The notes below the pieces were generated by a model, which saw only the letters and a list, made by a program, of their open reading frames with translations, was not told the DNA's origin and did not search any database. From Lama guanicoe (Eukaryota), in NCBI GenBank assembly GCA_013239625.1, contig MU056050.1, positions 1,040,084 to 1,104,083 of the forward strand: a stretch of 64,000 nt of DNA, written 5' to 3'. Of this stretch, positions 27,296-39,999 are shown piece after piece (positions within the stretch are counted from its first letter, which is position 1; each line of letters starts with the position of its first letter). Made by a program: the position numbers and the translations under genes.

Positions 27296-28249
27296 ATATT
27301 TGTGTGTGGTTTAAAAAATTCTCTGTTGAAGGAAATATGTTGAAACAGGGTCTAAAGTAATACACAGTCTACATCAAAGTATATGTGCTGCTAGAAGTTA
27401 TAAACTCTCAAGAGCTTAGATATACCTGCTCTTAATAGCTGTAAAAAAAATTAAGTCAACACGTACATGTTAAGAAATGCCCTGCTGACCGACCTCGCCG
27501 TGTGCAGTCTCCACCTGCCCCGGGAGCACACCGCAGTCCTGTTACAGAGCTGCATTGTGTTAGGGACTGCTTTGTTGCCAGGTCGTTTTGGTACTTCAAC
27601 TTCTAAGTCTTTTCTGTGATATCTAAGTTGGCCCTCTCCGATACTGAGTTCTTTGTTACAAGTAAAATGGTTCTCCTTACCAGAGAAAAATAAATCCCAC
27701 AGCTTGAAAAGGAGATGGGGGGGGGAAGGTCACACCAAAATAATAGTTTTTTTTTTCTCATGAAAATGCAGCCTCTGCACACTTTCCCAAGCAAGCATTT
27801 GCCAGAGAATGCTTAACAATTAAATGTTACCCACTTTCTTTTAGTGGTAGATCTTCAATACAAAAAAGCCTGTCAAGATGACAAATGAATCTAATGTGAG
27901 CTGATAAAACAAAACAAAACAAAAAAAGAAATGAACCCAAACTAGCTTCAGATTCTTCTTATGTGAGCAGCATGTTGTATATGAGATTTGCTGGAATTTA
28001 ATCCAATTTCTTTATAGCCACTGAAAAGTAGGAAATTCACTTTCAAAGCCATTTGAATAATCTGAGTCTCAATTCTGGAGCATAGCTTTTCCTGCGCCCT
28101 GATGGTTCCCATAATACTTGCAGCTTAAAACTGTGTGCAGGAATTATACCTTGTTTTGAATTGAGATTCTCATTGCTCTTGATCTTCGGGGCCATTGCTA
28201 ACTGTCTTTTGCCATCAGATATTTGTCCTCTGAGTCCTTGAGCCTACCA

Positions 28250-28801
28250 ACCTGGCTTGCTTTCTTGATTCTACCAAGCGGACCGTTGACTTTTCAGCCT
28301 TGTCCAGAGGGAAAGGAAGACTAGGGAATGTTTGCCCTTCCTACCATGCTGTGTTCTTCAGTTGGTCTGGAACATTCATACCCCACTTCAGCTAATCAAG
28401 GGCCACTCATCATTCACATCTCAGTTTTAGAATCATTTTTTTCGAGGAAGCTTTCTCTGATACACAGAATAGATGAAGCTTCCTTAGTATAAGCTCTAAT
28501 TGTTCCCTTTACTTTTACTTCATAGTGGTTATCACATTATTTCATTATGTTAAGTTGATCCATATGCAGTTGCTGCTTATGTTGGTCAAAAATGGTCAAG
28601 TATTAGCAGTTTCATATAGTCCAAACTAAAATACTTACTTATGGAGTTATTTAATTAATTTCTATCTCCCTTACTATACCATAAGCTCTATGAGGTCCAA
28701 ATCCGGTCTGTTTCTTTACCTCTGTGTCCCCAGTATCTAGCAAAATGTCTATCATGTAGCAGTTTCTCCATAAACATTTGTTGAATGACAGAATGAATGA
28801 A
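28250..28801 (+). mobile_element. L2 3' end (interrupted by MADE2)
   Basis: taagctctatgagg...tgtgtccccagtatctagca...taaacatttgttgaatgacagaatgaatga (L2 tail). Confidence 0.85.
28550..28629. mobile_element. MADE2-like mariner MITE (about 80 bp)
   Basis: ttaagttgatccatatgcagttgctg ... tagcagtttcatatagtccaaactaa: imperfect long terminal inverted repeats. Confidence 0.75.
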
Positions 28802-30999
28802 TATCACCTGAATACCAATTTCAAGGATCATATATAAACTCTTAAACAAGTATTCAAGATACTCCAGACTAGGACAAGTATAATGTGTGTGGAGGGGCAG
28901 GCATGCCTTATCATGGGTGGGAGGGACTTTGTGACAAGTAACTTTGCTTCTTCACGATAGATACTCTCATGTGCCCCAGGGTGATATACACTTGCCCACC
29001 ACATGTACACTCTCAAGTCAGAATTATTGTTGTATGTTTCTGTTACTGATGAATATCATCTCCCTCAGGAATTTTGCACCAAAACAGACAGAGAAAAAAG
29101 TTTGAACACAACTACTCTAGCTTCTTTTTACTCCTATTTCCTTGGTCAACCTTTTCTCCCACTATGCTTTTAGGTAAAACTTTGACTCAAGCCAAACCAT
29201 TCTGCTTGCTGTTCCCCACATACATTGGACTTCTTTTCATCTGCATCCTTGCCCATGCCTCTGTCTTCTAGCTGTTGCTATCCTACTCATCTTTCAAAGC
29301 CAAATTCATATTCCTCTCTTTTCCTGAATCTTTTCATGACAGGTCAATGTAAAGTTTCTCTTTTAAACTCTTAGAACACTTACTGTGCATCCCATACAGT
29401 GGTCTTATCACTTACGGTCTAGTCTGACAATAATTTGATCATGTGAGGATCTTTTATTCTCTTCATACCTTGCCCATTCTTATCCCTTGTTCTCAGTGAT
29501 TTAGGACAGTAGGGAGTTGGAGAAAAGCATGCCTGCTTTGAAGAAAATATATCAATAAATTTATGTTTGAAAAGCTTAAAATATACTTGTTTTATTATAC
29601 AGAGTACAGAAAGTTCATGGGACTTTTATGTTTAGCAAACAGAAGCATTTATTTTAAAAGTTTTGAAATACTTCAAAAGGGAAAATAACAAGACACTCTA
29701 GGCAACATATAACTAGAAGGAGGTTAAAAAACAGTGCCCCAGCCTGGGAAACGGGGAAATGGCCTACACAGCCTCTCCCCTCTTCTACCCACCAAGAGTC
29801 AGGATATTGCAGCAATGTATAGTGGAATCTTTTGGTGACATACATGGTCACTAAAAACTTTCTTCATCTCTTTTCTTTTTCTTTCCTAAGAACAGAAGTG
29901 TGGACTGTCAGATTTGGAGATGAGCAGTTGAGGCCTGAGGTGGTTTTGCTTCCAAGATACCTTAGATATGGAGGTTTTGTTTCAGAGCCCATCTTACCCT
30001 TCAGAGAGAGGGGAGTTGGGAATTTGCCAGGTTCTCTCTGATTGATCAGCCTAGATTCTCCAAGTAGAGGAGATAGGAAGCAGGGCAGACGCTCTATCCA
30101 TCTAAAGAGAATTATTTGGCTGGAGCACCTTTTATGCTGCTCTTTCTAGATGTGATTTCATCACAATTAGATAGATGCACTGTCAGTAAATGCTAGAGAA
30201 CCACCAAGAATCTTTGCTGTCCAAGTAGATTATCAGTTTCTTAAAAATAATGATTATAACTTGTCCTCTTATATGAAACACAGTGTATTTACAAATAGTA
30301 AGACTGAACAAATTTCATTGAATAACAGAAATTAGGCACTGGAAGGGACCCTAAGATTCTCTTAATTCAACTTCTTCATTTTATATTTCATGAATTTGAC
30401 AGATGTTTATAATGTAACTACCCTGTACCAGGTACTTTGTCCACAGAAGATGCAAAGACAAATAAGACAGTAATTGCGTTTAGGGGGAATTATAGAATGA
30501 GAAAACTGAAACTCATAGAGAAGTTCACTTGTTAAAATCATGAAGCCTCGGGGAGACCTGGTCATGAGCAGTTTAGTGCTCTTTTCTTAAAAAAAAATAT
30601 ACTTTTGTTGTGTGCAAGGTGATCAACCCCACCTCACTCTGGATCCTGGATCCAGGTACTTGCTTCCTCCCCAGCTCTAGAAGTTATTTCTTGCTCCTGT
30701 TCTAACCCTGGAAGAGGACATACAATTAGTAAAGACTGGTATGTCATTAACCCTCATTGTGTATAAATTTAGAATTCCTTTTTAGAGTGAGTTTACTTTT
30801 TGTCTTACTTTGTTGCATTCAGTTGCATAAAGATTTACATATCTGAGCCATTAGCTTAACTTTTCCCTCTACTTTATTTCTTCCTAATCAGGTTTCTCTT
30901 CATCTAACCCTCTGCCTCATTTTGGGGGAAAACTCTCTCTAAAGATTACTCATTTTCGTTTCATCGAGAATATTTTTGTTTCTAGTAAATGTTTTTCAA

Positions 31000-31270
31000 G
31001 AAAATTGTGGTTAATTTTACAAATACAGAATACGTAAGAAAGAAGATAAGAATCACCATAATAGTACGTACCCAGAAATAACTGCCCAACTTTCAGACAT
31101 ATTATTTTAATTCTGAGGTGGAATAATAGTGGAATAATTCTATAATCTTTAATTCTGCAGTCAGTTTTTCCCTCAATAATATATTATGAATATCTAGTCA
31201 TGTCAGTAATTATTTTTCTATATAAGTTAAATTTAATGGTTGTATAATATTAGATTTTATAGAAGTTTCT
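31000..31270 (-). mobile_element. Old L1ME-like 3' fragment
   Basis: aatcaccataatagtacgtacccagaaataactg...tcaataatatattatgaatatct...tttaatggttgtataatatt. Confidence 0.55.
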
Positions 31271-33183
31271 CTATCATGTGAGTGCTATGTGCAAGGCATT
31301 GTGCTTTAATGAATAGGCATTTTGCTTAAAAAGAATTCTAGTGAAGGATTTAAGCATAGTGTATAGTTAAGCGCCTGACTCCAGATTCCATTTAGGGAAC
31401 AATAGGTTTTGGGAGGAAATTCCTTGGTAAGCAGCTTGAGAATGGAGGATTTGAATGTCTGAGAATGCGAATTGGGAGCAAACCCGGCATGAAAAGATTG
31501 CTAACTCCTTTGTATACAAAATTGGAATATAGGGCTGGGGGTGGGGGTCGGGTAGAGAAATACCAAGATAGGAGAGAGAGAGGAAGAAGTCAGACAACAT
31601 GGGAGAAGCCAAGAGCTGTAGAAGGATGTGTCCAGTGACACAATATCAGTGGTAGGATAGTTAAAGGACTTTTAAAAGCAAAAGTCACTAATAATCAATG
31701 TTTCATTGTTTATATAGCTATAATACAAAATCCTTTCTCCTTCTCAAACTTCCCATAAAGTCTGTTATACCTATGTAATCTTGTGGTCCAAATTACAAGG
31801 AATGAATCAGTGAAGATCTAAAGGGAAGTGTTGTTTTGCCCTATACCAACTTTGCTGATGCTCTGAAGAGTTTGGAGCATTGAATCAGGAGAGAGAGTGG
31901 TCTAGGAGTTTCAAGAAGTGACCACAGAAAAGGGAACAGAAGCCAAAGAGGCTAATCTGAGCAATGCAGACAAAAAGTAGTTTTAACCTATTTAAAGAGG
32001 GGCCATTTGACCAACTCCTGGTTTTTATTCGAAATGTACTAGAGAAGTAATCTTAGAAGGCTGGGAGTTGTTGGGAATCTGACACAAGGTTACATGATAC
32101 AATATGAAAAGTTCTATAATAGCGGCATGATCAATATCTTTCTTGGGTCTAATGTGAATTGACATTTACATATAAAGATTCCCCATAGCAATCTCAATTA
32201 AACTTTGATTCCACGGTAGGCGTTAGGAAAATCATAACAGTGGGAGACATATTTTTACTCTAAAATAGCGATTATTTTTCTCAGAACAACTTTGTCAATA
32301 ACCTTCCTACAGAACTTAAAAACATTTCTGAAAAGATAGCATGATTCATCGATGAGGAGTAACTTAGCATCCTTTTCTGCCTCTTTCCAAAAGACTCAGC
32401 TTGTTTTTTTTTCTGGTGTATTTTGCCGACTCCCATATGAATCATGACTATTTTTACTTGGGCTTCAGTCGTAGTACATTATCCTCTAATAATATAATGA
32501 AAACCTATATTAATTGCTTATCTTTATACTATTAGATATATCATGGGTGCCAAAACAAGATGACTTTGTGTAGTGAAAGACTGAAATAATATGGTTAACT
32601 TGGCGGGAGGTCTTGTTCCTACATCCCAACACCAGTATTTTAAGTGTTGTGCTGTATTGGTTTAATTGATTTAATTGATTAAAGGTATCTGTCTTAATTC
32701 TTTCTCTGTCTCTTTTCTTTCCACTGCAATGAAATGCAACCTCTTGAGTGAATGTGCGGTGTTGGTTGTTTATAATGTCTTTCTAATTGGCAGACAATAT
32801 TCCAGATTCTATTGCTGATTGCAGCTGTGGCAGGGATAGACTGGTCTGGAGGCCTGGGTTATATGGAAGCAGAATATCTCCTGCCTGAGATTAAAATATA
32901 GAATACAAAGGTAGATATGAGAAAAAACATTCTAAGTGTTTTCCTTCCCAGAAGAAGCAGTTTGAAATCAGATCTCAAATCTGAATGGAGTTACAGAAAT
33001 TGAGAGCCAAGGTACAAAGTCAGATAAGACAGGAGCTAACTGGAGTGGAAAAGGGAGGAGGTGCAAGGCAGTGAGAGGAAGATGAACTTGGAGTGATTTA
33101 TGACATGAAGCCTAGAGAGAGAGAGAAATTTTTTGTTTTGTTATAGAGACTTCTGGCATCGTCATGTTGAGGATAATTTAAAG

Positions 33184-33392
33184 CAAGTTTTCTCAACCTA
33201 AGCACGATTGTCATTTTGCACCAGATAATTCTTAACTGTGACGAGCTGCCCCGTGCACTGTGGGATGTTAGTAGCCACATGCCAATGCCCCTCCCCACCC
33301 CATTGCGAGTTCCCATGAGCCAAAAATGTCTCCAGGCATTGCCAAAAGTCTCTTTGTGGTGGAGGGTAAAATTGCCTGTTTGAGAACCTCTG
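33184..33392. mobile_element. MER20 hAT-Charlie MITE
   Basis: ttctcaacct...cagataattctt...gtgcactgtgggatgttagtagc...ccaaaaatgtctccaggcattgccaaa...ttgagaacctctg. Confidence 0.85.
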
Positions 33393-35679
33393 AAGAAAGA
33401 AAATAGTTATTAGTTAAAATACATACTGCACTTAGGCTATAATTCCCAGCTGTAGATAAACTCATAATACCATCTCATTGTCATCCTTTCCACCTCATAT
33501 TTCTCATGTTGTGCCACCTTTTCTTTCCCTCCCATAAAAATCAAGACTATTGCTTATACTTTCACTGTGGTCAGAGTAGTTCAGAGAATAGAGTGATGAT
33601 AAATTCCATGTGTTCCTTAGGTCAGGATAACTATTCAGGGACTACCTTCAAATAAAGAATGATATCACTGGGCAAAGGAATTCTTGGAAGAATTTCTGGT
33701 TTTAGGCATTCTCAGATGTGTGTAGAAAAAATTCTAAATAGATACAGGGGGAATTCTATTCAAGTATATTTTTTCATGAATTTTTCTGTTAGGTGCCTCA
33801 GCTTAGCTGTACAATGTAACCTCTCTGCATGTGTGTTTATTTCTGTGCATGTGTGTTGATTTTCTGAGTTTTCTTAGAATTTATTTCCGTTTGTCCTTAC
33901 AGAGAATAAACATGGAAAATAAGAGAAGACAGTTGTCCCCAGTGACACTACTGTCCTAATTGCTCTCGAATCTGTCCAGTTCTTGGAAGTGTCTTTTAAC
34001 TTTTCAACCATTTCATCCAAGGGAGCTGAAAATACTACATGAAATGTTTTCCTTATTTGTTTGTAAGCTAGGTTTTTAGAATTCAAGCAATGTTATTCCA
34101 CTGATTTCTGCAATTATTCATTTTAATAACTTCTCTTAGACAGCAGGGTGTCATCATTCCTAGTGTTGCAAACAGCATTGCCTTTCCTAACTCAAAAGCA
34201 TTTTTATTGACATGAAGATTTATTGGCCTAAACTGTTGGTAACCTTTTGTTCTATTTGTTTGAAACATTAGCTGAGCTACATACTAGCATGCTTATTTCA
34301 GGACAGGTAACTTACTGTTAGTCCCTTGTCCTTTGTTGACAGAGCAACTGAGGCTTCTTTTTTCATCTCAGTGCTATTACTTTTCACAATATTTTGTCTC
34401 TTTACATGGAGGATTTTGAAGAAACTTTAAAGACCAAATTTTTCCTGAAACTTAAGTGTCTGACCTCTGGATTAGTTTGCCATCTTGAAGTATCATATCT
34501 AATAAAAGTTTCTAAATTTATAATTTTAATAGATATGAAATGTGATGGAGGAGTTGAACATTTCTTTAAAGTGGTAAAACCATCCCCAAACTGAAAATGT
34601 GGCTTGTTGTGCACAAATATAACCAGTATGCGAAAATCCAATAAATGAAAATGTACTTTTACAATCAGTTTATATCAACCAGATGGCCCTTTGGCCCAGT
34701 TTTACTTATATTTTAATTATAAAATTATGTTTATTATAAACATTTAAATGTAGAAATGTATAGATATAAAAAGTGAAAGGCTCTTATTTACCTCTACTCT
34801 TCTGCCAAATTCCACTCTTCTAAAATCACTGCTGGTGGCAGTTTAGTGTATAATTTTTAGAATGATTTTCTGGGTACTCAGAAATAACCTTTCATGAGCT
34901 ACCTTTTTGTGATATACATACATACATCCACCTTCCCAACCAATTTACACATAATTTTTAAATGATTGCTTTAATATGTCATCATATGGATATAGCATAA
35001 TTTTAAAAACCAGTCCTTAATGATTGACGTTTATTTTTATCATTTTGTTATTTTTACATATGGTGTTTCAATATATATATGTATGTTCCCTAAAATGACT
35101 GTGGGACCCATGAGAGGATGAGCTTTATTTTGTTTATTTGTTTGTCTATTACAGGTTCAAATATCCCTGCCTCTCGATCTCCAGTTAAAGTCTATTCTAC
35201 TCACTTGCTTTGCACACATGCCACTGTGTGAGGTGAGGAAGGGAAGGCTGGATTAGGATGAAGGAGAAGAAATGATATCTGGTAATTGGTTGAAGACTAG
35301 ACAGTGATAAAGGAGCAGCAGCAGAATGCATAGTGGGAAAGAAAATTCAGCAAAAGCCATAAATCAGAGCCAGAGAGGATTAGCAAAAACTTAAATTCCC
35401 AAGATATGCAGAAATATTAGAGGAATATATTAGACTCACATGGCAACTGGCCTTTTAAACCAAATTTACCTGGACTTGTAAGTGGAGGGTAATTGCAATT
35501 GACATCTAGATGTTAGTGAGAACTAAGTTACATGCTTTAAAACTTGGAAGTGACCCATCTAAGATATGTGTAAGCACAAACCAAGGAACCTAGATTTCAG
35601 TTTACATGAGGCATGCTTATCTTGTTTGCCACTTTAACTTACATATATCTAGCAGCATGCGAATTTTTTTTTTTTTGAG

Positions 35680-35770
35680 AAAGAAAGAAAAGGAACGAAG
35701 GGAGGGAGGAAGAAGGAAGCAAGGAAGAAAGGGAGGGAGGGATAAGGAAGGATGGAAGGAAGGAAGGAAA
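35680..35770. repeat. (GGAA)n-like purine-rich simple repeat
   Basis: Directly visible. Confidence 0.9.
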
Positions 35771-36119
35771 CTTATGGATAACATGATTCAAACAGTGCTT
35801 CAGTTTAGCATAGGAAAATAAAGGTCCAAATAGATTTATTTAGAGATTTGGAGAAAGCTATGAAGTGTTAGGTACATCCCTAATTTGTGTATGTATGATT
35901 ATGTTCTTTAATAACATATCCCTCAGTGGGCCTGTAAGAGGTTAGACACTGACCTGCAACCATTTGTTTTTGTATTTAGTAAATATTTATTGAACAGCCA
36001 TTGTGTGTGTAGCATTCTCTGTTGTGGGAGACATGTAGCCTTTGCCTTTTAGGAGTTTATAATCTAGGCTTAAACACACATGCACATACTTTAAATGACT
36101 TAAGAGAACAATAACAACA

Positions 36120-36350
36120 GCAGTGGGCCCCAGTAGGGGAAAAAATGAGTTGTTGAGTAATATTTAAGTTCAAATACTGGCTAGCCATGTAACCTTGGTT
36201 TGATGCTTACTACGCTAAATGTCAGTTTCCTCATCTATAAAATGAGAAAATTAAAATATTATCTACCTCATAGGGTAGTGAAAATAAAGTAATGTAGTTA
36301 AATACTTAACATGGTGCCTGAAACCCTGTAAGCACCTCATAGTGATAATG
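36120..36350 (+). mobile_element. MIR SINE
   Basis: tcagtttcctcatctataaaatgag...tctacctcatagggtag...acttaacatggtgcctg. Confidence 0.8.
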
Positions 36351-36441
36351 TGAATATTACGCTAATTATCTACCAATAACGATGAACCCAGGATATGTCT
36401 CTAGACAGTATGTGATTAAGTGCCCAATGAGGGCTATAGAT

Positions 36442-36644
36442 GAAGGGTCAGCAAACTTTTTTTTTCTGTGAAGGGACACATCGTAAATACGTTAGATTTT
36501 GCTGACCACATATGATCCCATGTCACATAGTCTTTATTTTTGTTTATAACGCTTTAAAAATATAAGAACTACTCTTAATGTATAGGCTGTCCAAAAACAG
36601 GCATGCAGCTGGATTTAGCAGAGATCATAGTTTGCCAATCCGTG
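36442..36644. mobile_element. MER58-family hAT MITE with 8-bp TSD
   Basis: gggtcagcaaact...agtttgccaatccgtg; flanks CTATAGAT (36434-36441) and CTGTAGAT (36645-36652), 7/8 identical, hAT-sized. Confidence 0.85.
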
Positions 36645-39214
36645 CTGTAGATGATAAAGTACTTTAGGATCTCAAGAAGGGTACCAGCTGGTGTGCTGAG
36701 TTTCTCATAAATGGTGGGGCTTGATTTGGTTCATAGAGAATGAATGGACCAGAAATGTAATTTGGAATGGCAAATCTTATCATCTTAGAACAACTGATAA
36801 AAATGTTGCTCAATGTGTCACTCTGAAATATGCATGGAATACTGAGTGTAAATAACTGAAAACAGAATTTAGGAATAGGCTTTTAAAGCTTTGGATACTC
36901 AGTGAGTTTCTTGGACCTACAGATGGGGATGACATTCTTTGATTGTTACCCCTTCTATGAGATTTCTCACAATACTTTTTTCTATATACTAACAGTTTAT
37001 TTCATAAGGATTCAAAATTGAGAATTCAACATATTTGAAAGAGTGGTATAGATATAACAATAATTGCTAACAATTTCTTTATGCCAGGTGGTGAACTGAA
37101 GAGACATTAGTGCTGTGAAAGTTCAGAGTAAAGAGATAGCACTTTGAGCTGGGGTGGACACAGAGGAGGTGACAGTGATACTAATTTTTACACTAGTCGG
37201 TTCAAAATTAATAAAGCACAAATTGCAAGGTGGGAGTGGAATGGGAATGGCAAAAATACTGAAGAGATTTTAGATGATTTAGGACAGTGGCACATTGGAA
37301 AAACTTACTTGTGCTGTAATTTACTGTTATGGACACAATATATACTTATAGTAAATGTTTAAAAAAACAACCAAAGATTGAACAAAAGAGGGCAGTGACA
37401 TCTGAAGTTTATTTCCAAAAAATTAATCAATCATATTAAAAGTCTTGAGCAGGAGAGTTAAAGATGATAACATTTTGCTACCATACTATCCTTTCATAAA
37501 TAGTAGAAGATAAATATTTTTTAAAAAGTTACACTTGCTATGTGGATAGTGTCAACATTTAACAGTATGCTTATGATTTAACAGTTTTCATGTTATGGAA
37601 ACATGACTTTTATACTAATAATTTTGCATCTTAAAAATTTACCATATTTTAAACATTATTCTTACAATCATCTATGTCTGCCCCATATTATATTTTAAGT
37701 TTTTAGCCTCATAAATGGATATAATTTCATAATGTCTCTAAAATATACCTTTATCATCCATCAAGGAGTATCATATTATCTTATCCCATAGATTTCTTTG
37801 GTCTTCCATTGAAGAATATGTTTGATATCTTTTGTAATTCTTGATAAGGTGGGTATTTTTTTTTGTATTAGAAGGTCATTATACATCTCTGAGTAGATTG
37901 ATGAAACTGTTAATTTACCTGTCAAGTGAGGGCCACAGATATGTCTGAAAGGTGTACTAATGGCATGGCACTAATACAATTTCACAAACAACTTTAATGG
38001 AGCACATAAAGCATATTTTCTCTATTAAATACACATAGCATGGAGTCATATCTTACTTTACAGGCTGTGAAAAATATTTTTAATCAGCTGAAGGATGAAG
38101 AGACACTTCAAGGTTATGCAGATTAAGTTATAAAAAGCCCTTAAACGCATAATCCTCACTGAGTGTTCAGGAAGGAAAATTTCAATCAAGGATGTTTGTT
38201 TAGACTGAAAACATTTGTGAGTTTCTTAAGTTTCTAAGAGGATTTCAAAGAGAAAATTAAAATGTGAGTGTCATTTTTAAAAACCCAAATAGGGAAAGTG
38301 CAAAGTTATTTGATGCTTATGTTCATAAAAATATATTTATTGAACTTTGATCCTAGATTGCTCATGTCCTTTCTAGCCTGGACCAGAACACAATTATAGC
38401 TATAGTTGTTTTTGGTTGTAATTATTGGACCACCTACACGTATTTCTCACTGTACTTGAGACTGATCATCACTTCCTTCTCTTAAGTGGCAAGTAGTTAT
38501 CAAAATGCCTTTAAATATAAAACTTTCTGCCCTCAAGATAGAGAACCTTTTATACTTCATTGATTCATTCACTTATTGACTTAACAAATCTGTATTTAGC
38601 TTTTATAACATGCTCAGTACTCTAGTAGTCACTTGAGGTATAATGGGATTCAGAATACTTAGGGATGTCAGTTACACCTCAAAACATTTGTGTGACACTG
38701 AACTTATTAGGAAATAGGCTAGGCCTTAGACTGAGAATATACCAGGTAGAGGTTCTGGCCCTTAGTAACTGATTCAGGGGGTCTGCGGTTCTACCTTGGG
38801 AAGAATATTATTCAAAAACTGGGACGCCTGCACTTAAGGTACAGTTTAGAGACTAAGACATGGCTGGAATTAAGCAGAAGTCCTCTAAATCAGGGGGTTA
38901 AGGTAGAGGTCAAAGAACCTCCAGTCACCTGAGCTGAGAGGCAAGCTGAAGGTCTCCCAGCCAGGGCCTGTCTCCAGGATATCTACTTCAACTTCTGAGC
39001 TTCCACCTCTTATCTTGCCTCTGATAATAAATAATCATGGATATCATGATGCAAGTTGATGGTCATAGTATTGAGGACCCTGAAGCTCTATAAGGTCTTT
39101 AATCTTCCAATCTTTTCAATATATTGTTCTTCCCAAAGTAAGAGCAACAAACCTTCAAGACGAGGTGGATCTAAAATTAATTTCCGCTTTGTTAAAATGT
39201 TCTGAGAACTGCAT

Positions 39215-39430
39215 CAGGGTCCCAGGAATTGAATATGGTCCCAGCTGTGTTACTTAGGAACTGTGTGATCTTGTACATATCACATAACTTTCTGGAGCTG
39301 CAATTTCCACTTATTAAGAAAGTATGCTAAAACTGGCTCCACCTAACATTTGGGATTGTATTAGGAGAATCTAATGATGTTAAACGTAAGAGCATTTAAA
39401 AATTTGTTCAGCGATACCCAAATGTGAGGA
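39215..39430 (+). mobile_element. MIR SINE
   Basis: gtcccagctgtgttacttaggaactgtgtgatcttg...cacataactttctggagctgcaatttcc. Confidence 0.7.
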
Positions 39431-39999
39431 ATTTTTATTTGAGAGCATCTCTGCTTTAGTACTTGAGCCACAAGCTCCTTAAGAATCTCATCTGAAAATT
39501 ATTGCAGTAGTTGGAAGTATTTTAATAGTTTATAATAAAACTGGAAATGTCAGTCTCATTTTATTATGTAGGAGATGGAATTGCCAATCATCAGGTGAGT
39601 TTAGGACTTCTTCTTTTATTCTTAATAAACAAACTGTGTACTGACTCTGTAATACCTGTTCATAAAGAGTTGAAGGCATTTAGAGCTGTGCTATGTCCTC
39701 TCTTGATAGAAGGTGTTTTGTCTAATAGGTGGAAGTTAAGGCTGTTGTACTGTGTCAGACGTGGAAGGACATAATCTACTCAGTGCAGTAGGACAGAAAT
39801 AAAGGCCAGAGACCTAGTTTATGATGTCGCAGTTAATGATCAACACAGCTAAGGTTTTGTAGCACGGAAAGTATAGCAGTATATTCAGAATGAAAACAGA
39901 AGCAAAAACCTCCAATTATATCTGAACCAAAATTGTCCAGAGATCTTATTCTTCTGGAATGTAAATACAGACATGATTATGATCCCTTCTTTTTTCCAC

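Noticed and set aside
29891..29939. Possible coding exon TEVWTVRFGDEQLRPE after a strong polypyrimidine tract
   Set aside because: Weak donor (GAG|gtggtt), peptide not recognised, no partner exons.
32794..32910. Possible AG...AAG|gtagat exon
   Set aside because: Stops in the frames I read and no recognisable product.
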